Part shown: positions 1 through 12,907 of the stretch, one piece after another
How positions within the stretch are numbered: position 1 is the stretch's first letter
Layout of the letters: each line of letters starts with the position of its first letter
NCBI RefSeq assembly: GCF_009914755.1
Contig: NC_060929.1
Length of the DNA stretch: 64,000 bases
Direction: 5' to 3' (one strand)
Origin: the human T2T-CHM13v2.0 reference genome, Homo sapiens
Position numbers and translations under genes: made by a program
Notes under the pieces: generated by a model
What the model was told of the DNA's origin: nothing
What the model saw: only the letters and a program-made list of their open reading frames with translations
Databases searched by the model: none

Positions 1-271
1 CCAGGATACCTGTGCCAGCAGATTCAGTTTCTGGTGAAGGCTCTCTTCCTGGTTTGTAGACAGCTGCCTTCCTCTGTGTCCTCACATGGCAGAGAGAGGA
101 GAGAGAGCCCTGATCTCTCTTCTTTTAAGGACAATAATCTCATCATGGGGACCACCTCCTCATGACTTCATCTAAGCCTGTTTACCTTCCACAGGCCTCG
201 CCTCCAAATGTCATCACGCTGGGGATTAGGGCTTCAATATATGAATTTTGGGAGAACACAAACTTTCAGTC
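1..271 (-). mobile_element. MLT1A-like MaLR LTR, cut by window start
   Basis: Reverse complement reads GACTGAAAGTTTGTGTTCTCCCAAAATTCATATATTGAAGCCCTAATCCCCAGCGTGATG, which resembles the MLT1A/A0 LTR 5' end. It is also homologous to 29394-29746. Confidence 0.85.
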
Positions 272-1792
272 TCCTCAGTCTTGCTCCCTGTTGCTTCACT
301 CCTTTTTCCCAGAATCACCTCCCAAATAAACCACCTGCTCACCACAAGTTCCCTCCTCAGGCTCCACTTTTAAAGGAACTCAAATTCAAATAGTGTCTTC
401 TCTAAAACATATCTGTTAACTGTGCTTGGATGATATAAAATCATGTTTTTTCAAAGATCTATTTTATAATTGTAAAGATGTTACCCTTCCTTCCCCAGTG
501 ATGTTTCATTGTCATGAATTCCTAACATTTCCATTCTCTTTCTTTATCCACAGATTCTGTCAATTAATCAATGATTTTTTAAATGTACTAGGGAAGCTTA
601 CTACATAAAGGTAATCTACTGCACACAGGGGCATAATATAAAAGTGCAGTCATGCTGGGTATTCCCAGTGCCTTTTTAAAGTGTGGGCTTGATTTCTTTC
701 CCAGCCTCTCTCCAACCAACAAAGACTAAAGAGAGAGAAAGGGGAGCAGCCTCTCCTGGTTCCTTTCCTGAAGTCAAGCTCATTCTGGCCTCTTGGAAAG
801 GAGGAACTTCCAGCTGCTGGCAGCCAATATGTCTGCCTGCTTTGGAGCTATTTTTCATGACCTATATCTCTGCCAGGAAAATGAATGTCAGGAATGTACA
901 TCAGAACTTGTAAAGTAGGATAGCCTTCCCCTCTGCCTTTCCCCCAAACCTTACGCGTTTAAAATAACTCGGAGTGTGGAATGAGGAAGGGAAGATTGAG
1001 GCTGACTATGCAATTATTCAGACTATATTATTTCTATTTGGATAAACATTGATCCCACAAATGCCAGGAAAGTTGGCAATCACCATTGTAGAGAGTGCTC
1101 CATTAAAATTTATGAGCCAACATACTGTGAGGACATAATTATTATTTATAATTACTTCCATGATGCTCAGTGCTGGTTTTGAGACTATCTTGTGTCAGGT
1201 GGTATATAAGATGCCACTGAAATATCTGACCCTAAAAATCCTCTCATAAGTGTGGCCAAAGGATACTGAAATGAAACAGTAGAATAGAAAATCAGATGTC
1301 TTTCAGAGACAGTGTTGTCAGAGAAGGTGTCTTCTGTAGGATGCTAATCACACTTAACATCATTTTATAAAGAGGACATCAATTCTTCTGCTGTTAACTG
1401 GTACTCTAGTGCAATATTGTAATTATACTAACTTTCCGATCATCTGACAACAGAGGCTTCCAAAAGACAGTTTTAGTTGAGTTACCTTTTTGGTATTTTG
1501 TACTCTTGTTTTAGGAATAAAGAAATACATATTTTTCTTAATCAGATCATTCCTTGGATTGTGATTTATCCCATCAAACCAACCATCCTGGAGCCATGTT
1601 CATAAATGAACTGCTTTAGCTGCTTTTGATCTCTCCTGCAGGCTGACTGTCATCACCTGTCAGCAACTTCATATAATAAGATCTGGTGTGCTCTGTCAGT
1701 TTGTATCAGAGCAAAGTTAATGTGTGAGTGCAAAAAGAGTTGACCCCTAAAAGAATGGAGGTGTGCTATGTGCTGGTGCAGGCTGTACTCAG

Positions 1793-2100
1793 TAGTCAAT
1801 AGAATGCGTAGAGTCTCTGTAAATGTGGTATTTAAGGAACAGGCTGTTTTCACTGTGTACCGTTGTTTAGTTTTTCCAATCCTCCTGCTGTGGCCCACTT
1901 ACGAAGGAGAAAACAAGAGAGTGCACAGAAGCCTGCCACCATGGTAGCTCCGCCAGTGTGCGTGGTAACAATTTATTTTCATATTGGTCAAAATGTTCTA
2001 AATAATTTTAACACCAGAAATAGCATGGAAATGGGGAACTAAATTATAAATGAAAAACCAGGAGAAATGCTAAGGATGGGACATTTCTTCTCCATTTCTG
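1793..2100 (+). repeat. Copy A of a ~310-bp inverted duplication (partner 5221-5530)
   Basis: Aligns by eye to the reverse complement of 5221-5530. The core 1871-1964 vs 5449-5356 has 80/94 identities and no indels. Confidence 0.95.
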
Positions 2101-2511
2101 ATTTTTTCTTTCCAACTGGCACCCATGATGGGAGCACTCTGGCCTCTCTTCTACTCCTTACTCAGCATTACCCAGAGTGGCACATCTGACTAGTGAGTTG
2201 GGAGAGAAAACAAAACAAGCAAACAAACCTTCTGCAGGAGTTTGCTGTCTGCTCTGTTCCTCAGGGCTGCAGGTTTCAGGAAGACCTGTCCCTTCAGCAC
2301 CATCTAGGTGGACCAGTAACTTCTATGACTGGGGAGAAGTCTGTCTACCTCTAGGGTTTTCACACCTAAGCCGCTGTCTCCAATGTCAGCCTCATCTATT
2401 AACTGTTTTGTTCTTTTTCTCCACTTTTTGTTTTAAAAAAGAGTTATTATTTATGTTTTTTTGTGTTGTAAAATTTCTGGAATATGTCTGACCAATATTG
2501 GCTTGTGGCAA

Positions 2512-2630
2512 GTGTAGTTGTTAAGAGCACAGGCTCCTTGGGCACATAACATAACTCCCTTGTGCCTCAGTTCTCCTCTAGAAAATAAGGACAATAGTAG
2601 TAACACCTGTGCATAGGGCTGGCTATTGTG
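2512..2630 (+). mobile_element. MIR fragment
   Basis: GTGTAGTTGTTAAGAGCACAGGCTC ... TGTGCCTCAGTTCTCCTCTAGAAAATAAGGACAATAGTAG, similar to the MIR head and core. Confidence 0.6.
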
Positions 2631-3801
2631 GGTACACTGCACCTTGTCTAGCCTAACTTCCTTTCTATGAGCCATTTCTATTATCAAGCCATGCCATTTG
2701 CATGATGAGCTGCATTTGCTGTCAGCCTAATGTTGATTCTAAACATGGTGAACTGTTTTGAACCATTACTGAACTATAGAACTCTAGAACCAAGTGAGAC
2801 TTAAGCAATCTTAGCTTTAGGTTCTAGTTCAATGGAAGATAAAACTGAGGCACCCAGACCTGAAATAATTCATGGGAGGTTGTACACGGTAGCACCAAAG
2901 CTGGACATTCCATCTGACCAGACTCCAGATCTATTGATTTTTCTTCTACCTGAGCTTTCTTTCTCTCTTATAACTATTTCTGTCGACTACTCTCCTCACA
3001 TTCACTCTTCCAATTTAATGCAGTTACTAAGTCTAGTCACCAACCACATTCTACCTACAAGGGATTCTATACCAGGCCTCAATAAAATTTTAAGCATTAT
3101 AAAACAACAACAGTAATAATAGATAGTGCTCCCTGAGATTCACAGTATATTTTTCCTGTTAGAGAAAGCTGAGTTGTGACTTGCCTGAAGTAATCATGTA
3201 AGAAAAGCCTACTAGAAAAACAGTGCTATTGACTTGTGATGGATGGTTTTTCCTTTATAACCAAGAACATTTTTAAAGTCATATATGTATTTCTTGATTG
3301 CTCTTTTAACTTCACTTCTTCCTCCCTAGAGAACTCACTCTTCTGTTTGAAACATCGCGGGGAGTGCAAACTAAATACAGTATTGAAGTAAAATCCCTGC
3401 AAAGCTAATGAACTATTTTATGTAAAGTAAGGCAGGAAACCATTTCAGTAGTGGTGGTGTAATTAATTGGTTGTGGCCACACAGAGGCAAGATTTTAGAA
3501 ATGGGCAATTTATAATAGGGATCTTAGAAGGTCACATGTGATGAATTGAAAGGTAGAAAATCATTACTTTCAATCATGCATCAACCTGGAAGCCAAATCA
3601 GACTCTTTAATGTATGTTTTCAACTGAGAGCAGTTTGCCTAAATTTCAAAAAGGAAAATGTGATACATTTGCCAACAGTCTGCCTGTATAGCTAATTACC
3701 AATTACATATCATAAAGAATCTGATACCTGTCATGTTGTAACAGATTTCCCAAGCATGGGGCATGTGGCTGAGCATACTAGCAGATAATTAGAGTCATAA
3801 C

Positions 3802-3874
3802 AGCTAAAAGAACATTGTCCTTTTAAGCTGAAAGAACATTGTCCTTTTAAGCTGAAAGAACATTGTCCTTTTAA
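3802..3874. repeat. 24-bp tandem repeat x3
   Basis: AGCT(A/G)AAAGAACATTGTCCTTTTA at 3802, 3826 and 3850. Confidence 0.97.
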
Positions 3875-4072
3875 AATCCTCAATCTTATTTCAATATGGA
3901 ATAATCCTTTTTCAGTGAATTTAGGATAAATGACATAAGTATCAGTTGGCCGGCTTATTTTTATGCATGTTCAGCTATTCTGATTCTGGTGACACCTGTG
4001 GCATTTATTTTTAGGACCCTAGTAAACTATAACTTTTTTTTTCTTTCTATATAGCTTAGAATTATTCTTCTA

Positions 4073-4258
<186 letters not shown>

Positions 4259-4390
4259 TTGGAATCCAGGTTAAATTGGTCACAATGTTACCAAGTCAGA
4301 AAGCTCACAATGCAGATTGCAAAATACTAATGAGGACATCACTGATTTTCATCTATATCAAGGTGTGTTTAAATTGCTAAAGCAATACTG

Positions 4391-4693
4391 TTTTAGTTTT
4401 AGTTTTTGTTTTTGAGATGGAGTCTCGCTCTGTTGCCCAGGCTGGAGTGCAGGGGTGTGATCTCAGCTCACTGCAACCTCCGCCTCCTGGGTTCGAGAGA
4501 TTCTCCTGCCTCAGCCCCCGAGGAGCTGGGATTACAGGCACCTGCCATGATGCCTGACTAATTTTCGTACTTTTAGTAGAGTCGGAGTTTCACCAAGTGG
4601 GTCAAGGTGGTCTCGAACTCCTGACCTCAGGTGATCCACCTGCCTCAGCCTCCCAAAGTGCTGAATTACAGGCGTGAACCACTGCACCCAGCC
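4391..4693 (-). mobile_element. AluS (Sx-like), full length
   Basis: Dimeric Alu containing CCTGACCTCAGGTGATCC, with TSD AGCAATACTG at 4381-4390 and 4695-4704. Confidence 0.95.
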
Positions 4694-4804
4694 GAGCAAT
4701 ACTGGTTTTATTTTCCACAAATACTGGCCCTCTATGACATAATATTTGTGGAATAAAAGAACAACAAAACATTCTATTAATTATTTTGTGAGAAATTGAG
4801 TCAG

Positions 4805-5017
4805 ATAGTAGCCTAAGATTAAGAATATGGATTCTACGAATTGGATTTCAATTCTAGCTCTGCCACGTATTAGCTGGATGACTGTAATGGAATTACTTCT
4901 CTGAGCTTCAGTTGTTTCTTCTAGGGATAATGGTAATGATACCAACTTTTCAGAGTGCTGAGAGGATTTGATGGCATAATTTGTGTAAGATGCCTAGCCC
5001 CGTGCCTGCATGGTAGG
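4805..5017 (+). mobile_element. MIR
   Basis: TTCAATTCTAGCTCTGCCACGTATTAGCTG...CTCTGAGCTTCAGTT...GCCTAGCCCCGTGCCTG, matching the MIR core and tail. Confidence 0.75.
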
Positions 5018-5220
5018 TGGAAGATACAAATAACTCATAATTATGATATCTGAGACATCAGGCACCGGGAGAAAAAGCCAGTCACTTTTAAGGAAACTCA
5101 GTTCCATTTTAGACTGTAAAGTTTGAGTCTCTGTGGAGTGGAGTTGTCAGTGGGTCTCAAGCCTGGCATAGAGGTCAAGATTAAAGATTAAGATTTTGGA
5201 GCTATAAATAGGTTGAATCG

Positions 5221-5530
5221 AGAATCAAGAAGAAATGTTCCCATCCTAACTATTTCTCCTGGTTCTTCATTTAAAGTTTAGCTCCTTATTTTCATGCTAT
5301 TTCTGGTATAAAAATTATTTAAAATATTTTGTCCAATATAAAAAGAAAGCGTTACCATGCACACTTGCAGAGCTACCATGATGGCAGGCTTCTCTGCACT
5401 CTATCTTTTTCCCATCCCTAAGTGGGCCACAGCAGGAGGACTGGAAAAGCTAAACAGGAGCACACAGTGAGAACAGCCTGTCCCTTAAGCAGTGCATTTA
5501 CAGAGAACAAATGAAATTCTGATTTGGCTA
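5221..5530 (-). repeat. Copy B of the ~310-bp inverted duplication (partner 1793-2100)
   Basis: For example TAAGTGGGCCACAGCAGGAGGA (5419-5440) is the reverse complement of TCCTCCTGCTGTGGCCCACTTA (1880-1901). Confidence 0.95.
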
Positions 5531-6717
5531 TTTCTTGGTTAATAACCAAACCGAGTAATTCAAGAATCAAGTAATATTAATGAGAAAGTGATTTATGATC
5601 AAAGCAGCTATCATTTGGGAAACAGAATTTCCCAGAGAGTGTTTGAGGTAGTGGAGACACTAGGAAAGGAAAGGAGATGTGATTCAGATGAAGGCTCCTG
5701 AATATGGCTACAAGGTAGTCAGTAGACATATTAGGATCATTCAGGGTCAAATGAGACTGAACACATTTCCCTCTGTAAGGTTTATTAGGCTTCAGTGCGT
5801 CAGCAAGTGCCAGGGGCTGATTATTAGCACCACAGTATATAAATTGAGAGATCACCAGATTCTAATTTTCTCTTGTACCTCTCCTAAATGAATGTGTAGA
5901 GCATGTATTTCCATGACCAATCATGTGTCTCACTTCTAATAGAAGAAAATATGCTTCAGATTTACAAAGATGCATGAAATACAACTAGCTGGAAATACAG
6001 AAGAAATGTAGCACCAATTACTCTTTGAGTAAGATAATTGTTGGAAGTTTTAAAAGTGATAAAAAGTAAGGGCACAATATTCATTCATCCACCTACCCAC
6101 CTACCCACCGTCATGAACATCCACCCTTTGCCAGGCATCGTGTTCAAAGAGGAAGAAGATAAAGATCTGCCTTTTCAAAATCAGACAAGTGAAAATATAA
6201 GACAGGGTCATTAGTGTAATTTGTGAAAGACTGGAAGTAACTAAGCAGTGGATATCATAGCATTTTCATGGAAGAGTGCAGGAATGCTTTCTGGAAAAAC
6301 TGATAACTTCCCTGAGCCCTGAGGTCAAGAACGAATTAATTGAAGAGTGAAGGATTGGTGTTGAGGGTCAGGAATTTCCAGGCAGAGGGAGCAGAATGAG
6401 GTGAAGTGGACCTGGGGCCCACAGATAACTGGGACCTGACTGGTCAGGTAGGGCCTGGAGGTGAGTAACTAAGGACACTCTTTCCCACGTTAGGAGAGGA
6501 GAGACTGATTCCAGAAACAAATGTCGTTCACATTCAGTGTTGCCTATTAGGATTTGGACAGGGCCATAAGTGGGCTCTGGAGTGTGCGGGACATTCTACC
6601 CGCACTGAACCTCATTATGGACCCTTGGTTAAAAGTTTCACAAAAGGAGCGAAGTCGAATGATTTTCTCCTTTTGGGATATGCCTGATTTCTATTTTGGC
6701 TTCATTCTTTGAGTGAT

Positions 6718-6950
6718 AGGAAGCCTCTGGAGCACCACCCATCCTCATCCCAAGGCTGAGTTAGGGGCCCCCTTTCTGTTCTCATAGCGTCTTCTCTCAC
6801 TGCACCTAGCATAGTGTGTTGTAACTGACACAAACAGCTTCTATCTCAGTCTCTCGAGAAGCATAAAACAATGTATTTATTTAATACCTCTGCATCCTTA
6901 ATGCTCGGCACAGTGCCTGACACACTAAGCATTGATAAAGGTTCATTGAA
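6718..6950 (+). mobile_element. L2 3' end fragment
   Basis: GGCACAGTGCCTGACACACTAAGCATTGATAAAGGTTCATTGAA, a typical L2 terminus. Confidence 0.6.
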
Positions 6951-7757
6951 ACAATTAGTCTACAAATACATGAGTTAGATATTCTGGTGAATTTTAAGAA
7001 AATCTATTATACATAAGGTTTTCTCGGTGGAAAAAAAAAGAAAACATTAACAGCGCAAGCTTCACACCAGTAACCCACCGAGCAAAGTACAATGTTCTCT
7101 CTAGGCACTTGACAGACTCCCAGGCCTGCTGTGGGGTTAGAGTGAGAAGGAAGAACAAACCTTTCACTGGTGTACACTAAGCTCCTTCAGATGGGTGGGG
7201 AGTGCTGTACGTGGAGGGCAGGGCACACAGTGAAAATAGAGGCATTGAAATCAATTTTGCGTGCTGCCCAGTTTTGCCTCCAGCTTTCTGTGATCACACT
7301 CTCTCACCACTTGTGGGGGCAGGGAAAGCCGGCCCCATGCATCTCTAGGGTGGGTTTTAGTGCATTCATTAAATGGCAAGACCAGTGATCAGTCATGGCC
7401 GACATATTCAATTAGGAGTCTTGCAAATAATTCTCCTCAAGCTGCCCCTTGGCACCTTCTGCTGTATAGTTTTAAAGTGTACAGAATCAGCTAAGGAGAA
7501 TAGTAATCACACTCTATATTGCTTATCCTGTGTTGCAGGCTGGAATTATTAGTTCTAGGTCCACCTATAAAGTATCCAGATATAGAGGCACAGTATTGCT
7601 TGATCCAATATTCCTCTTTAGAAACTGGACCTCAAATCAAATGTAGATCCTCTGTTTTGAAAAGCTACTGGATAAGGCACTTAAGCCAATTAAAAGTAAA
7701 GTCAGCTCTCAGGATGATAAAAATCCCAACATAACAGCTTTGTAGCTACAAAGATAC

Positions 7758-8144
7758 TGTATTAGTCCGTTCTCAGACTGCTATAAAGAACTTCCCAACA
7801 CTGGGTAATTTTATTAAGGAAAAAGGTTTAATTGTCTCACAGTTCTGCATGGCTGGGGAGCCCTCAGGAAACTTACAATTATGGCGGAAGGTGAAGGGGA
7901 GGCAAGTTTAGACCTTCTCACATGGGAGCAGGAGAGAGAAGAGTGAGAAAAGGAGGAACTTGCCAAACACTTATAAAACCATCAGATCTCGTGAGCACTC
8001 ACTCATTATCATGAGAACAGCATGGGGGAACCACGCCCATGATCCAATCACCTCCCTCCCACTGGGTCCCCCCTCGACACGTGGGGATTATGGGGATTAC
8101 AATTCAAGATGAGATTTCAGTGGGGACACAGCCAAACCATATCA
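7758..8144 (-). mobile_element. THE1C/D-like MaLR solo LTR
   Basis: TG...CA termini; reverse complement starts TGATATGGTTTGGCTGTGTCCCCAC; 5-bp TSD GATAC at 7753-7757 and 8145-8149. Confidence 0.93.
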
Positions 8145-10130
8145 GATACTTTAGCTATTTTTTAATAAACTGAATAATCATTTTCTCTCTCCAAAACTTT
8201 GAGATCTATACTTTGGCTGACAGTCCGTGCCTTCAGGCAGCCTCACAAGAATATCTGAGAACAGACAGTATTGCGTTGCATCCAGGGTAAGTAACCACCA
8301 TAAAATTTTTTCAATGACACGTTGAAGTTAACAATAATCCTAACCCTTGGATGTAATCATGCACACAATCTCACGTGAACCTGAATTAACTAACCAGGTC
8401 TCCATAGTGAAAGGATCCACGTTCCTTTGATAATGAGTATGATGTAGCACTTTGACACTCTTGTTCTCTTTACAACAACTGTTTGGGGTTAAATCAATGT
8501 GGTTATCATGTTTTGAAGATGGAAAACAGCTGAATAAAAAAATGTGACATAGTATAGGGAATATAATATCATTTTTAGATTATAAAAACCACAGTTTTTA
8601 TCTAAGTTTTGAAATGAAATAATTCCATGGGTATAAGCTGATGACTTTGCTTCCCTGGGCCACAGTTTCCTCACTGGAAAATGAGAGCTAAAACTAAAAA
8701 GTCATGAAAGTCCTTCTAAGAAATAAAGTCCACTGGTTCATGGAGAATTCTACATCCTAAAGTTAATTAACAGAAGACCCCAGGTTGGCCTCCCTAATTG
8801 CGTTTTAATTTACTTTTTCTCAGCACACTGCTTTTCTAGTAGTAATGATTTTGTTTATTTACCCATCCACCCATCCATGCTTTCAACAAACACTTATTCG
8901 ATGAGTCCCGTAGATTCTGTGCTGTGTGTGCAAAGATGAACAAGACTCCCTGCTTAGTGTCTTCTCTTAGAGAGATCACAATCTAATATGTGATTGCTTG
9001 GGTTTTGAGTTTGTGAAATGAGCTTCTCAATATAAATGGAAATCTCTCATAGTTTTCTGTAACGTAAAGGGAAATCATGCTTCAAAATGTAATGAAGTAG
9101 AAAATAAAAACAAAATATTCTCCTGTTTCTTGAAAAGATTTTACCACAAGATCTGGAAACTTGTTTCTTGAAAAGAACCTAAAGGTCTTTGTGGAATATT
9201 TCATAGCCTCTAAGAGAGACAAGTCTGAACTTAGAATTTGCTCATCTTTATCAGTGTAAAATAGATGCATTAAAATACTCAAGTATTTTATGCCATATTT
9301 TTATCAGAGCAAGCTATAAAAGATACAAAAGATCTTAAAAGATGCTATAAAACCTCCAAATCTAAGGAGGTTAATGCAATAAAATTTAATTCTGAGTCAT
9401 GTAAAGTCCAATTCTGATTTTCTCCTGGGGGACAGTTCTCCTGAGCAGCCCCATGGGGCTTCTGTCTTATGGCTTGTGGCTATCTCAAGGCTTCATCATC
9501 CTGTAGCTTCAAGATTTCCCTGTTGTTGGGAAAATGATCTCACACCCAGTGCTTAATCACCGAGGTTATAAACCAAACATCAGTTTCCTTCACATTCCTT
9601 CGGCAAGAACTGGTCACATGGTCCCACCATGCTGAAAAGGAAGCCTAGAAATGTCCTGGCTAGACAGCCACTTCCCAGTAAACATCTTAGTTGGTTATGT
9701 TATGGTAAAGAGTTGCTGTCTCAAGTCCCGCAATTGCTCTACCACCTGCTGGTCCACTGGGAGCTCCTGAACCTCCCTACGGTCTGGTGACCAAATGCCC
9801 AAAACTAAGTAGGATCTAAGACATTGTTTCAAAGTTCTGCCTGGAATCCCTTCTGATTAGTTGATGCCTATTCAGTACTGATTATTAAATATTTGACATA
9901 TCACGTCAGCATCTAGTATCTTTGCAAGCTCCATTTTCCAAACTCACTGGCACTAACTTGCTTGCTGTGGTCACTGACCTCTAATTTCAGATCTCTTCCT
10001 TTGGACCTGATGATTGGTACCTTCCTGAAGTGCTTCATCTTTCCTTGCCAGGATACAGACCTACTTCTCTCAAACCCTCACTTAAGGCGACCCATCTCCA
10101 CCTTACTGTCTGCCCATTTCCCCTCCCAGG

Positions 10131-10182
10131 TCTCTTAACCACCCCAGAGGAGCCCCACATTCTCTTAACCACCCCAGAGGAG
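10131..10182. repeat. 22-bp direct repeat, 30-bp period
   Basis: TCTCTTAACCACCCCAGAGGAG at 10131 and 10161. Confidence 0.95.
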
Positions 10183-12204
10183 GCTCCAAGGCACCCAGAA
10201 TCTTCATAATTTCCCTTTCTGGGTCTCTTACTGTCACGCTTCACCAAGCCCGACAAGCTCTTGTCTCTCCCTGCTTACGATTTCCCTCTCAGTCTTCCTC
10301 CCACAAAGAGAGATTTTCATCCCCACCTCATCGAAATCTGGGTGACCAATATTATCTTTCCAGGAAACTCTGAACTCTGTAGCCAAAGCAGTGAACACAT
10401 CTCTGCTAACGTTTTAATGGTCTTCCCATCACAGACAGCACATTTGCCTGACATCTGGAGACTGCTGAAGATAAAGCCTTAGCTCAAAAAGCAGCACTCT
10501 CTGTTGTTTTTTCAGGCACTACAGCAGCATCAAACTGCACTTTTCCTCCCCTGTCTATGGTGACCTCTAATTCTTTCTTCCTTGCATTTCTGACTTTCTG
10601 CCTTTCTGTTTATAATTTACAATTTATATGGAAAGAATTTTCAACATCTGACCATTACAAACTGAAAGAAATTGCATAATATTGCTCTTGGACCTAGAAT
10701 TAAGTGGGTTTACAAATCCCAACTCATGTAGCCAGGGACCTTTTAAATAAATAAACATTAAATACTGGCTTTGTACCAGTTAACATTTTCTTAAATATGA
10801 TATGAGGGTTTCTAACTCTGGTCTCCATTCAAATTTAAGATGCAAGATATATATTTGGGGCTAGTGATTTAGTAATATCAGGTAAGAGATCAGAGTCTGT
10901 GAAGAAGGAGAGGAAATAAGAGAAATGAAGTGAGACAGTAAAAAGAGGGAAGGGAGAGAGAAGGCTAGCATACAGAAAAGAGTAGCAGTCAAGAAACTTG
11001 AAAAGAACAAAATGTAAAATTCTGGTTTTTGAATGATGAATGACAAATAATAATGAATGAATTTGCAAGTAATACGGTTTAACTGGTTGAATAAGGAGAA
11101 CCCCTCAGAATTTCTGATACATGTGATAATTGGCATACGTGTGCTAAACATTATCAATAGAGCATGATGGAGTCCTTTCATACCTCAGTTTATCAGCTTT
11201 CATAATTATAGTTGTAAATTATACTAAGGAAACTACTCCTGTATAAATACATATGGTCATATTTGCTAAGCCTCTTTTATCATCTCTAAAGGTGTATCTG
11301 CAGATGGTTTGAGTCCAGGCTTTTAACAGCCATGATTCCCCCTATGAATTACTGAGAATTGGCTAGGAAATTTCTGAGACTTATTTGGTAAATAACTTCC
11401 ACAACATTCTTGTACATTCCGGTAAGAAAATATACAAGTCTAAAAGACCAGTCTCAAGGGCAAAGAAAAGGGGAAAACTAGGACCTGAAATAGAAAACAG
11501 CTTTGAATGTTTTTATCAAGCAGGATCACTCATTATTCAGAGAAATCACTTTCTCTGTGCCAAGACTGAACTGGGCATTTGGATCCATAGGAGCTAGGTA
11601 ATGTCTTTGCAACATTTGGAGCCTGTAATGTGTCACTGACATGAGAATATTGAACTTGGGCAAATTAGACCCTATTTAAAATCAGGTTGTTTCTATTCAC
11701 TATGCAACCTGCAGGATCAGCAATAGAAGTAGCAACCCCAGTGCTTTCACATAAACTATGTCACATCACAGAGTTGTGAGGTAGAAATGCTGATCTGCAC
11801 TAGCTGTGGCCACAGTACCATTGACCACTTGCTTAATCATGACTGACACTGAGTGTATTTTTCTAGCTTCCTATCTCTTTTTCATGTTTTCTGTCACCAT
11901 TAAATGAGTCAATATTTGAAACTGTTAGTGGTTCTTTGGATCAGTTGTCTTTAAAGTGACAAGGATGGTGGAGGTGATGGTAATGGTAGAGGTGATATTC
12001 ACTCCAGGGGGTGCACGAGATAATACATTAGCATGAAATGTTAGAAAATCTATTTATACTATTAAAATCTATTTTTATGTATGTTCTTTTGTTTGCACAT
12101 ATTTCTGATATTAGTACAGTAGTAATATATAATTTATTATGTATGCATGTGTATGCAATCCAAATAAAACTAAGCATTATATGGACTTGATTTCAACTTC
12201 AATG

Positions 12205-12315
12205 AATTTATTTAATTATTCATTCATCCAACAAACATCGTTTAGCACCTATTTTGTTCCAAGCACTATGCTGGGCATTGAGAATATGATCGTAATCAAG
12301 ATAAACCCAAGTCCT
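12205..12315 (-). mobile_element. L2 3' end fragment
   Basis: ATTCATTCATCCAACAAACATCGTTTAGCACCTATTTTGTTCCAAGCACTATGCTGGGCATTG. Confidence 0.7.
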
Positions 12316-12320
12316 ACATT

Positions 12321-12654
12321 CAGTAGTAGAGTCGGTATCCACTGAGGACTGGTTCCAGGACCACCCCCATCCCTATACCAAAATCGCCTGATGCTCGGGT
12401 CTCTTAGATAAAATGGTGTAGTGTTTACATATAACGTACGCACATCCTCTGCATACTTTAAATCATCTCTAGATTACTTATAATACCTAATACAATGTAA
12501 ATGCTATGTAAATAATTATAATGTTGTATTGTTATTTGTATTCTATTTTATTGTTGTATTATTATCTTTTATTGGTTTCTTTGTCCTGAATATTTTCCAT
12601 ACTTGGTTGTTTGAATCCATGTTTGCAGAACTGATGGATCTGGAGGGCAGGCTG
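12321..12654 (+). mobile_element. MER2/MER2B (TcMar-Tigger) non-autonomous DNA transposon
   Basis: CAG...CTG termini; internal CTCTAGATTACTTATAATACCTAATACAATGTAAATGCTATG; TA follows the 3' end. Confidence 0.88.
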
Positions 12655-12816
12655 TAATTCTAAGGGTGATAAGTGCTATGTAATCTTATAATAGGGGCAC
12701 TTGGCCTAGTCTGCGATTGGGAGCTGTCAAGGAAGGCTTCTGACTTATTATTCTTGTATAGTTTTCTTTTCAAGTTGGAAAATATTTTACAATGTTCTCT
12801 AAGGAATTGTCCCATA

Positions 12817-12907
12817 AAGTATAGCATCTACAATCAATTTATATTCTCTAAGTATATGGAGCGTCTATATACTTAGAGAATATAAATTGATTGTAGATGC
12901 TATACTT
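12817..12907. repeat. Perfect 41-bp inverted repeat (hairpin/cruciform) with 9-nt spacer
   Basis: AAGTATAGCATCTACAATCAATTTATATTCTCTAAGTATAT (12817-12857), spacer GGAGCGTCT, then its exact reverse complement (12867-12907). Confidence 0.98.

Noticed and set aside
1886-1936. Tetraspanin CCG or RECK-type CC-x-C-xxx-C domain in the duplicated block
   Set aside because: Cysteine spacing and context do not match either family, and no partner exons were found in the window.
1840-1973. H/ACA snoRNA (ends GTAACAATT)
   Set aside because: No convincing two-hairpin fold or H box, and the ACA is not kept in the paralogous copy (ACG).
3802-3874. CRISPR-like repeat
   Set aside because: Head-to-tail repeats with no spacers, in eukaryotic DNA with no cas genes.
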